Shown here one piece after another: positions 40,131 to 48,372 of a stretch of 64,000 bases of DNA. The translations under genes were made by a program, and so were the position numbers. The number at the start of each line of letters is the position of its first letter. The first letter of the stretch is position 1. The stretch is from Patescibacteria group bacterium (lineage in GTDB: Bacteria > Patescibacteriota > Microgenomatia > UBA10105 > UBA927). The notes under the pieces are model-generated. The model searched no databases. It saw nothing but the letters and a program-made list of their open reading frames with translations, and was not told the DNA's origin. Location of the stretch: NCBI GenBank assembly GCA_035510735.1, contig DATKGN010000007.1:105-64104 (forward strand), written 5' to 3'.

Positions 40131-41342
40131 TTATACATTCGGCCGTCCTCCATATATTCCAGCCAAATATTTTTTTAAATAGTTACTATCGCTTCTGATA
40201 TCATCAACGTCATCGAGTCGCCAAATGTTCGTTTGACCCTTTTGATTTTTCTCAGTCAAAAAGACCTGGTACATATCCAGACGGTCGAGCATTTGGATAT
40301 TATGCGTCGACGCTATAAGTTGAGCGTTCTTTGGATTCCATTTTGGCGAAGCGAATAACTCAACAATTTTCGGCATCATCATGGGATGAAGCCCTTCTTC
40401 AATATCATCATAAACGACAACACCTCCATCTTTGAGTGCAGGAAGAACGTCTCTTAAGAGTAAATAGAGATTTTGTGTACCATGAGATTCGTTGTAAAGG
40501 GTCAACGGATAACGACTGTTCTTTCCTATTTCATGAATACCAAATGCAAAATAATCATCTATCATCTTGTCTGAACGATCTTTACGCTGTCGTTTTTCAA
40601 TCTTCATTTCCGACAATCCAAGATCAAATTCTGAAATTAGTCGATCGGCCAATAGTTTTTCCTCACTATGAGAATAAAAATACTTAACGGCCTCATCAAT
40701 GTCTTCCCAACGATTATTTAATGTCTTCCCCATCATCCCAACATTAGTCACAGATTTATCCCAATATTTAGCAATTGATAGACACTTAGGATTGTTTAAC
40801 GTGACCCCAATTGACACTACGGAAGCGTTTTTTCGGCTGAGCGCTTGAACGATGCTTTCGCTTTTCCCAAAGAGCTTCGTGTTTATAACGTAATTGTTAG
40901 AGTTTTTATTCCATTTTTTTCTAAAAATATATTTAATATATTTCCCTTCATTTTTTTCTTTCAGAGACTCCGCAACGACATGCTCTTCAGTAAAAATTAA
41001 AGAATAATAGTATATCGACGTACCATCTAAAAACTCAACCTCAATGTGGGTTGGTTTATTTACAAATTTTGGGGAAAATACAAAAGAGTCAAACGGTATT
41101 TTGCTATCTGGTTTCATTTGCGAGGAGGCGGGAATGAAAAAATTCAAGAATGATAATATCTTGAGAGTGTTAGTTTTCCCCGACGCATTCGGACCAAAAA
41201 TGAAATTAATTTTAGAAATACGATCATTAAAAATCGTTTTCACATAATCAGAAGTCGAAGGTGCGTTCCCATTAACATAAAACGATATATCTTGCTTCTC
41301 CCCAAGGGAATAAAAATTATTTATAACCAAACGACGAATCAT
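40131..41342 (-). CDS. AAA_21/RloA-like ABC-type ATPase (abortive-infection type)
   Basis: NNFYS, GPNASGKTN Walker A, ESHGT signature, YDDIEEGLHP, AQLIASTH, YLAGIYGGRP. Confidence 0.88.
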   Translation of the reverse strand: MIRRLVINNFYSLGEKQDISFYVNGNAPSTSDYVKTIFNDRISKINFIFGPNASGKTNTLKILSFLNFFIPASSQMKPDSKIPFDSFVFSPKFVNKPTHIEVEFLDGTSIYYYSLIFTEEHVVAESLKEKNEGKYIKYIFRKKWNKNSNNYVINTKLFGKSESIVQALSRKNASVVSIGVTLNNPKCLSIAKYWDKSVTNVGMMGKTLNNRWEDIDEAVKYFYSHSEEKLLADRLISEFDLGLSEMKIEKRQRKDRSDKMIDDYFAFGIHEIGKNSRYPLTLYNESHGTQNLYLLLRDVLPALKDGGVVVYDDIEEGLHPMMMPKIVELFASPKWNPKNAQLIASTHNIQMLDRLDMYQVFLTEKNQKGQTNIWRLDDVDDIRSDSNYLKKYLAGIYGGRPNV

Positions 41343-41419
41343 ACCGTGAAGTATAATCGTTTATTACAAATTTGTCAATATTATACGAATTTTTGTATAA
41401 AATCGATAAATTTGAACAA

Positions 41420-43564
41420 TTATTCTCTCTTTAACACTTCAAAAAACGCTGACTGAGGGATTTCGACCCGGCCTATTAATTTCATCCGGGCTTTTCCTTT
41501 GGCCTGTTTCTTTAATAATTTATCCTTACGTGTCCTATCGCCGCCGTAGAGCTTCTGGATAACGTCTTTGCGGAATGCTTTCACATCGGCACGTGCTACA
41601 ATCTGGCCCCCAATGGCGCCCTGGATCGGAATCTGGAACTGCTGGCGCGGGATAACCTGGGCCAACCGCTCGACGATGGCTATGCTCCGATGGTGCGCCT
41701 GATCGCGGACGGCGAGAAATGAAAGTGCGTCGACTTTTTCTTTGTTTACCAAAATATCAATTTTTACCACATCGACCGCCTGAAATTCAAAAAATTCATA
41801 ATCCAGGGATGCATAACCCTCCGAAATACTCTTTAAACGGTCAAAAAAATCAATAATCATATCGGAGAGCGGGAGCAAATACGTCATCTCGACCATAATG
41901 CGCGAATCAAATTCATTAGGCTCGTCTTCGACCTCACCCGCTTTGTCTATTGTTGTATTGTTGTATTGTTGTATTGTTACTTCTCCATGTAAGTACTTCA
42001 TATCGATGTATTCGCCGCGCTTCTCCTGCGATAGCTGCATGATCGCGCCGACGTAGCGCTTGGGGGTAAAAATTTTCACATCCATGATGGGCTCTTTCAC
42101 GCCGTCGATGTAGGTTGGGTCGGGAAATTCGGTTGCGGATTGAATGGCGACCTCGACGCCTTGATCGGGCGCTGAGGTTGCTCGTCCAATTTCTCGGGCA
42201 GTTCGATCCCCGCTTTGCGGGGCCGCTTCGCCGGACGTCTCGAAATTGTCCAAGCGCCCCGCGCCCCGTACAAGTTCTGGGTGTTCATTTATAACAGACG
42301 ATACGGTCAATCCTAATTTAGAAAGCGATACGCCGCGCGCGAGCATGAGATGATATTCAACCGACGGCGCCGTCGCAATCATGTCAAGGTCAAACTCACG
42401 CGAAAGCCGTTCCTGCACAATTTCGGCGTGGAGTAAACCGAGGAATCCGCAGTGGAAACCATTGCCCAAGGCAAGGGATGAGATCGGCCGGAAGGTGAAA
42501 GCCGAGTCGCTTAACCGCAATTTTTCCATACACTCGCGTGCATGGGTAAATTCGTCGGCGTTTAATGGGAAGAGGCTCAAAAAAACCATGGGTTTGGGCT
42601 CCCTATATCCCGGTAGCGCCTCTTTTGCCTGCTTAGGCTGTATATGAGCATTCACGGTACTTCCGGCCGTTATGGTGTCACCTACCTTCGCTAAACGTAC
42701 ATCCTTAAGGCCTGTGGCAATGTACCCCACTTCACCAGTCGAAATCCCAGCAGATTTTACCATTTGGGGCATAAAAAAACCTGCCTCAATTGCCTGAATT
42801 TGAGCATTTGATGCGAAAAACTTAATACTCGTATGTGGATCGTACTGCATAGTACCATCAACTACCCGAACAAACACTACTACTCCTTTATGCGGGTCGT
42901 ACTGTGAGGAAAATATTAGTGCCCGCAGTGGTTTATCGGCATCACCGAACGGCGGCGGGATCCGATCAATAATTGCCTCAAGAACCGCTGGAACATTTTG
43001 CCCGGTCTTAGCGGAAATCTCTATCATCTCCTCATCTCTAAACCCTAATGCTCTAAGCTCTGCGCGCGTTTCGACAATGCGCGCGTGCGGCATATCAATT
43101 TTATTAATCAAGGGAATTACGGTGAGGTTGTGGAGGCGCGCCTGATGGAGGTTCGCGAGGGTCTGCGCCTGGACGCCCTGGGTAGCGTCTACCACGAGAA
43201 GCGCGCCTTCACACGCCGCAAGCGACCGGGAAACCTCATAACCGAAATCAACATGGCCGGGAGTGTCGATGAGATTTAATATAAACTCCTCCTTGCTGTC
43301 ATTCCGGGCTTGACCCGGAATCCACACCGCATTCTCATGGATCCCGGCTCGGGGGCCGGGATGACAAAAAAAATGCATCCTCACCGGCGCAAGCTTTATC
43401 GTAATCCCCCGCTCACGCTCAATGGGATTGCTGTCAAGAAGCTGCGCCTGCATATCGCGCATCGCAACCGTCCCGGTAAGCTCCAGAAGCCTATCGGCGA
43501 GGGTACTTTTCCCATGATCGATATGGGCTATGATCGCAAAATTTCTAATATGATCTTGTTTCAT
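41420..43564 (-). CDS. lepA: elongation factor 4 (LepA) with three in-frame insertions
   Basis: IRNFAIIAHIDHGKSTLADRL, ERERGITIK, DTPGHVDF, NKID, GFLGLLH, KLYGGDRTRKDKLLKKQAKGK. Confidence 0.97.
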   Translation of the reverse strand: MKQDHIRNFAIIAHIDHGKSTLADRLLELTGTVAMRDMQAQLLDSNPIERERGITIKLAPVRMHFFCHPGPRAGIHENAVWIPGQARNDSKEEFILNLIDTPGHVDFGYEVSRSLAACEGALLVVDATQGVQAQTLANLHQARLHNLTVIPLINKIDMPHARIVETRAELRALGFRDEEMIEISAKTGQNVPAVLEAIIDRIPPPFGDADKPLRALIFSSQYDPHKGVVVFVRVVDGTMQYDPHTSIKFFASNAQIQAIEAGFFMPQMVKSAGISTGEVGYIATGLKDVRLAKVGDTITAGSTVNAHIQPKQAKEALPGYREPKPMVFLSLFPLNADEFTHARECMEKLRLSDSAFTFRPISSLALGNGFHCGFLGLLHAEIVQERLSREFDLDMIATAPSVEYHLMLARGVSLSKLGLTVSSVINEHPELVRGAGRLDNFETSGEAAPQSGDRTAREIGRATSAPDQGVEVAIQSATEFPDPTYIDGVKEPIMDVKIFTPKRYVGAIMQLSQEKRGEYIDMKYLHGEVTIQQYNNTTIDKAGEVEDEPNEFDSRIMVEMTYLLPLSDMIIDFFDRLKSISEGYASLDYEFFEFQAVDVVKIDILVNKEKVDALSFLAVRDQAHHRSIAIVERLAQVIPRQQFQIPIQGAIGGQIVARADVKAFRKDVIQKLYGGDRTRKDKLLKKQAKGKARMKLIGRVEIPQSAFFEVLKRE
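43297..43366. repeat. REP/RPE-like palindromic element inserted in frame in lepA
   Basis: TGTCATTCCGGGCTTGACCCGGAATCC...GGATCCCGGCTCGGGGGCCGGGATGACA double hairpin. Confidence 0.85.
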
Positions 43565-43579
43565 ATGCAAAATTGTTTA

Positions 43580-43650
43580 CCCCGTAGACGTGCTCTTGCG
43601 AGGCGATCCGTCAGCTGACGGATCGCGAGCAAGTAAACGTTCTACTGGGG
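43580..43650. repeat. palindromic element upstream of lepA
   Basis: CCCCGTAGA...TCTACTGGGG ends with a perfect 24-bp core GCGATCCGTCAGCTGACGGATCGC (43603-43626). Confidence 0.85.
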
Positions 43651-43691
43651 CGGATGTGATCCTGAGACATTGTGAACGGATTATAACAGGA
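43650..43691 (-). repeat. lepA 5'-end copy 1 with promoter
   Basis: TATAAT-9 nt-ATG TCT CAG GAT CAC ATC CGC (MSQDHIR versus MKQDHIR). Confidence 0.8.
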
Positions 43692-43767
43692 ATATAGTTC
43701 TTTGTTGCGTAAGCCCCGGATCAAATAGCTGTGCATAACGCCGTTTATTGCGTTATAATGCGCTCTT

Positions 43768-44445
43768 ATGAATTCACCGGAACAGAATAAATTGATTTGC
43801 TGGGATAAAGACCACACAATCGGAGAGATTGTCCGAGATTCATTCGTTCCATACCCAGATATTAGATCCGTGCTCACCGAGCTCTCCCTCATGGGATTTC
43901 AACACTATATGACCACGTCGGCCGGGGAAGGCCCCACATGGGAACAAATGCAGTCGTGTGGACTTGACGATATATTTGACGAGGTAGATATTTACGGCAA
44001 CGAATCGATCGAGACCGAACCGAAAATCTACCATACACCGTATTTCGTATTTTCCGAAGAGACCGGATCAAAAGAACCGCACAGAGACATGATCATTATC
44101 GGAGACTCGGTGAAAGACCAGGCGGGAGACCTCATCCATGTCGTATTTATCGGGCTGGATAAGGCCGAGACTCAACTGACAACGCTTCCACCGATTATAT
44201 CTCACCTACTTGCCATGGGCGATGGAGAAATCAGGAAAGGATTTGACAGGATCTATCTGGATGCGGACCTAACAGATACCTCACCCGAAAATCATCAGGT
44301 GAAACACATTTCATTGCCTAACAGTGTTGCATTTGATCTCGAGTATATAGACCTCTATTTCCAGGTTCCAACCGACTTGGAGTTCAGTTATCCCGTGATC
44401 AGAAATATAACAGCCGCCCCTCCTCCAAACGTTAATTCACTGTAA
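43768..44445 (+). CDS. HAD-like hydrolase
   Basis: LICWDKDHTI motif I, TTSA motif II, IIIGDSVKD motif IV. Confidence 0.7.
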   Translation: MNSPEQNKLICWDKDHTIGEIVRDSFVPYPDIRSVLTELSLMGFQHYMTTSAGEGPTWEQMQSCGLDDIFDEVDIYGNESIETEPKIYHTPYFVFSEETGSKEPHRDMIIIGDSVKDQAGDLIHVVFIGLDKAETQLTTLPPIISHLLAMGDGEIRKGFDRIYLDADLTDTSPENHQVKHISLPNSVAFDLEYIDLYFQVPTDLEFSYPVIRNITAAPPPNVNSL

Positions 44446-44457
44446 TTGATGCGGGCA

Positions 44458-44507
44458 AGCGAAGTTCTTATTGTGATCCCGATGTATATGGGAGGATATT
44501 AACAGGA
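44458..44507 (-). repeat. degenerate lepA 5'-end copy 2
   Basis: reads IHRDHNKNFA versus MKQDHIRNFA; upstream TCCTGTTAATATCC versus TCCTGTTATAATCC at 43678-43691. Confidence 0.65.
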
Positions 44508-44531
44508 AAACAGCGCGGGGTCCTTGAAACA

Positions 44532-46184
44532 CTATTTATCTTTCAATAATCCCTGGGCTCTACTTAAGGCTGTATACGAATCCAACACACCCAAGGCGTC
44601 ATGGTTACTTTTGTTAAGTTGATGCCATCTGCTTTCTACGGCGTCAATAAGCTCTTTTACGGTATTCTGCATATGCTTTTCTCCCGTCATAAGGAACCCA
44701 TGTGTCGCCATAGCGTGTTCTTCGACGAATGCGCTAAATGCCGTTTCGCCAACACGTCTCATTTTATTGTCATCATATAACGCCTCCAATAACCATTGGG
44801 CGGATTTTTCCATGGAACTACGCTCCATAACCTCTTGCCAGATCTGCTTCGTTTCGGAAGATTGACGTCCAAACAACTTTTCCCGGATCATCTCCGTATA
44901 ATTGTCTGCCAAATCATATGTCTGCCCCTCAACCAATGCTTCCCCATGGATAAGGGTGCGAAGAGCCATCAACCGGACGGAGGGATGTTCATGATCTAAT
45001 CCGAAGTTGACGAGCTGCTCAAATAGCTCGTCTTCACCCTGTATATTTGGATTGAGCGTCCGGCCTAAATACATCAAGCCAAATGCTTCGGTCTCAGAAA
45101 TCTTGCTCCATGTATTTTCATCCTCAAGCTCCTGGATATAACTACGTAAGGGATCGATGAACGCGCGGTTTAGATAATAATCGTGACCAACATCGAAACC
45201 TGCCTCCTGTTTGATCGTATCTTCGATGTGATCCAACGGTTGATTAAGAAGGTAATGATAGCCCACAACGCCTGCGACAAGACCATTGAGAATTCCGATG
45301 GACTTCATATTTCTATAGTGATTCAGTTCACGGGCTACTTCCAAAAAGGGCTGTGCAAAGTAGGAGGGCGGGTTAAGCTGGAGGCTCGGCGGCACAAAAT
45401 CTGCATCTGTTGGTTTTTCCCCTCTAAACACGGACGACATAATGAGGACACCGTTATAAAAATCGAACCGGCTGCCTTTTCCCTCTAACTTTCTGCGCCA
45501 TACCTCAATAGCATTTACTGCATCCGCGCGATCCGGCCTTTGATGTCCGTCAGCGGCGAGCTTCACGAGCACATCTGCGGTTATAAACGCTTTCAAATCT
45601 CTCACGTTCACAACCCGGTTAAAAAGATTGACCGTTTCACCGGTTCCTTCCTTTTTGGCTTTCCTGTCTACCGCTGAAAGCACGTTCTGCCAGACCACAA
45701 TAGATTTCTCCGCAAGCTCATCGTGAGCACTACGGTCGTAGTCGGCATAATCGGTGTTTTGCGTAATTACCGAACTTATCTTAACCCTTGTATCATCCAT
45801 GTTAACCGGGCGGGAGTAGCCCTGCGCCACGGATAATTCCAGTGACGCAATAAGCGCATCTCCTACACGTTCTCCTATGTCACCGTGCAAATCATTGAGG
45901 GATGCATCGCGGACGACACGGGCGGCCCCCACGCCAAGTGAATGTTCCGTCTTGGCGGCAAACTCCCAAACTTTCATCCCAAACCGCTCATGGGAGGATT
46001 CGACAAACGGGATGACGCCCTGGTCAAGGACCTTATCAAGAGCACTTTTCCACGCATCCACTGATGACAATGTGTACTCCAATGATGGGAATAGAAACAT
46101 ACGATCCCCGGCGAGTTGCAGTGTATCTTTGAGAGGATTGCCGTGTCCTTTTTGAGGACTATTGTTCTCTTTTGCGAGCGTCAT
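44532..46184 (-). CDS. orphan HEAT-like protein, paralogue 5
   Basis: 550 aa; WKSALDKVLDQGVIPFVE and EHPSVRLMA. Confidence 0.6.
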   Translation of the reverse strand: MTLAKENNSPQKGHGNPLKDTLQLAGDRMFLFPSLEYTLSSVDAWKSALDKVLDQGVIPFVESSHERFGMKVWEFAAKTEHSLGVGAARVVRDASLNDLHGDIGERVGDALIASLELSVAQGYSRPVNMDDTRVKISSVITQNTDYADYDRSAHDELAEKSIVVWQNVLSAVDRKAKKEGTGETVNLFNRVVNVRDLKAFITADVLVKLAADGHQRPDRADAVNAIEVWRRKLEGKGSRFDFYNGVLIMSSVFRGEKPTDADFVPPSLQLNPPSYFAQPFLEVARELNHYRNMKSIGILNGLVAGVVGYHYLLNQPLDHIEDTIKQEAGFDVGHDYYLNRAFIDPLRSYIQELEDENTWSKISETEAFGLMYLGRTLNPNIQGEDELFEQLVNFGLDHEHPSVRLMALRTLIHGEALVEGQTYDLADNYTEMIREKLFGRQSSETKQIWQEVMERSSMEKSAQWLLEALYDDNKMRRVGETAFSAFVEEHAMATHGFLMTGEKHMQNTVKELIDAVESRWHQLNKSNHDALGVLDSYTALSRAQGLLKDK

Positions 46185-46262
46185 ATATGTGTTCCGGGCA
46201 GATGGTCAAATGATGCGACGGAGTATAGCCAATTGCGCCGGCAAATGCAAGAAATGGTAGGA

Positions 46263-47078
46263 TTACCCTATCGTACGAGCTATCGGCGTAAATTGTTCGA
46301 TATCGAGAACGTGGATGTGGACGCCGGCTTTATCCTGTGTCAACAGACACTGTGTCGCGCCCACATCTGCTGTCGAATCAATGCCATGAGACCTGAATAC
46401 CGCCTCAAATTTATACGTTAAGCTGTCATCCATGTCACGCAATTTTTTCCACAAAGTATTATCCGTGCCGTGATAGAGTCCCGTCGCATCCGGTATCCAC
46501 TCATATACCAGCACCTTTTTTTGCGTTTGCCGGTCTATGACACCGACTAGCGGTTCACAGAGACTCATGGACGCGCATTCCAATACGTTGCGGGTGAATT
46601 CCTGCACCTCGTGTGAATCAATGACCGCCCGGACGCGCGGCGCCATGGCAAGTTCGTTATAAATACTGTTACGGGCTCTCGCAATGTGCCGGTGCCTATC
46701 CGTTATGTTTTTTAACATGAAGGCGAGTCGTATGGAATCACGGTTATCGCTACGGACCTTTGCGATAAATGTCGGCTCCGCCGCATCCACAAATAAATTA
46801 CCATGATCATCTATCCGCCGGTGGTACGGAATCCATGCCGTAAGGCCCTCTTCAACAAGCGGGAGAACAGCGGCAACCTTCATCTGATCCGCACTCAGAT
46901 TCATCGCGATATCATATCGCCCATTATGGATCGTTTCTATCGTACGGACGTGATGTCTACCCTCTTCTATCATGTGGAATATCCTACCATTTTTTGATAT
47001 AAAATGATATAGTTTATGATTCTCTTGTGTCCCCACCCAAATTGTCCTATAATTGCTTTCCAATGTTAGATAGCTCAC
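46263..47078 (-). CDS. hypothetical protein, kinase-like fold possible (start probably near 46973)
   Basis: FIAK, LVYEWIP, DVGATQCLL..VLDIE. Confidence 0.5.
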   Translation of the reverse strand: MSYLTLESNYRTIWVGTQENHKLYHFISKNGRIFHMIEEGRHHVRTIETIHNGRYDIAMNLSADQMKVAAVLPLVEEGLTAWIPYHRRIDDHGNLFVDAAEPTFIAKVRSDNRDSIRLAFMLKNITDRHRHIARARNSIYNELAMAPRVRAVIDSHEVQEFTRNVLECASMSLCEPLVGVIDRQTQKKVLVYEWIPDATGLYHGTDNTLWKKLRDMDDSLTYKFEAVFRSHGIDSTADVGATQCLLTQDKAGVHIHVLDIEQFTPIARTIG

Positions 47079-47082
47079 CTAT

Positions 47083-48291
47083 ATGACACAATCAACCGAA
47101 GTAGCTGGCGATAGCACAGAAGCGGAATCCCGCGGGCTCCACCCGATGCCTACGGACTCATCAGATGGACAGGAAGATCTCGGTGACGATTTGCCGGCTG
47201 ATAACCTGTTTAATGATGAAGAAGAATCCGAAGACCCATTGAAAAACGTACCGGAGCCGACAGAAGATGACCTGTCAGATATCGATGAGGATATTGAGCC
47301 GGTTGATAAAATATTACATGACATTCCCTTTGGCGACCGCCATGAAGAAGCCTCTGTAAAGATATATTTAGATGAACTTTTACGCACTCCCCTTTTAGAT
47401 GCAGAGGAAGAAGTAGCCTTGGCCATGCGTATTGAAGAAGGGAAAAAAGCAACAATTGATATGACGAAACCCAAAGAAGAGTTAGATGAAAAGAGAATAC
47501 GGGAAATCCCGCGCCTTATTGAGGATGGACGAACCGCCCACAAGCACCTTTTTACGGCTAATTTACCGCTCGTTGTCAGCGTTGCGAAGAAATTTGTGGG
47601 GCGCGGGGTTTCATTCCTCGACCTTATCCAGGAGGGCAATCTTGGTCTTATGAAAGGCGTCGATAAGTTCGATTATCATAAGGGGTTCAGATTTTCGACC
47701 TATGCGAGATGGTGGATACGTCAGGGTATAACCAGAGCAACCTTGAATCAGAATCGAAACGTAAGGATTGTGGAAGAAATGGGTAATGCGATTAACAAAA
47801 TGAATAGAGTAAATAAAGAACTAACGAACCGATTGCGCCGTCAACCCTCCATAGAAGAGTTGGCCAACGAATTACAAACCACGCCTAAAAACGTAATGGA
47901 TATGCAAAAGGCCGCACAACTGGAATATTCATTTAATATGCCGGTCGATGATGGCGGTGCTCATGAGTTTGGAGAATCTATTGAAGATGAGAACCAAAAA
48001 CCGGAAGCTGATGCTACACGCAATCTGTTCAGTGAGGATATGGCAAACATTCTACATGGATTACTTCCACTGGAATTACTAGTACTCCAACTACGCTTTG
48101 GCCTCTTGGATGGCATATCACGCAACATAGCTGAAGTTGGACGCGAATTGCATATCAGACAGGAAAGAGTGAAAAGCGTGGAATTTAAAGCACTCTATCG
48201 ATTAGCTCACGGCCGGTATAGAGATCTGCTATTGCAATACTATGGCAATGAGCATCCGACAAAAGATATCGATGACGAACCTGAGGAATAA
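47083..48291 (+). CDS. sigma-70 family RNA polymerase sigma factor (diverged RpoD/RpoS-like)
   Basis: YLDELLRTPLL, ANLPLVVSVAKKF.GRG.SFLDLIQEGNLGL, FSTYARWWIRQ, region 4 HTH. Confidence 0.92.
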   Translation: MTQSTEVAGDSTEAESRGLHPMPTDSSDGQEDLGDDLPADNLFNDEEESEDPLKNVPEPTEDDLSDIDEDIEPVDKILHDIPFGDRHEEASVKIYLDELLRTPLLDAEEEVALAMRIEEGKKATIDMTKPKEELDEKRIREIPRLIEDGRTAHKHLFTANLPLVVSVAKKFVGRGVSFLDLIQEGNLGLMKGVDKFDYHKGFRFSTYARWWIRQGITRATLNQNRNVRIVEEMGNAINKMNRVNKELTNRLRRQPSIEELANELQTTPKNVMDMQKAAQLEYSFNMPVDDGGAHEFGESIEDENQKPEADATRNLFSEDMANILHGLLPLELLVLQLRFGLLDGISRNIAEVGRELHIRQERVKSVEFKALYRLAHGRYRDLLLQYYGNEHPTKDIDDEPEE

Positions 48292-48372
48292 ACCTCCGTA
48301 TACGGTAAAATACCTTGTTTCTCCAGCCTAATCGTCCTATAATTGCTTTCTGATGTAAAACATCACACATAT

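Noticed and set aside
16635-41342. Classical integron or prophage
   Set aside because: No integrase, attC-like repeats or phage structural genes; genes are in mixed orientation with their own promoters.
34586-41483. Diversity-generating retroelement template/variable repeats
   Set aside because: No reverse transcriptase; differences are synonymous third-position changes, not adenine-specific.
42150-42345. Intein or intron in lepA
   Set aside because: Short, in frame, with no Cys/Ser...His-Asn intein ends or group I/II intron motifs.
47079-47639. 186-aa Ser-rich minus-strand ORF
   Set aside because: Antisense shadow of the acidic sigma-factor N-terminus.
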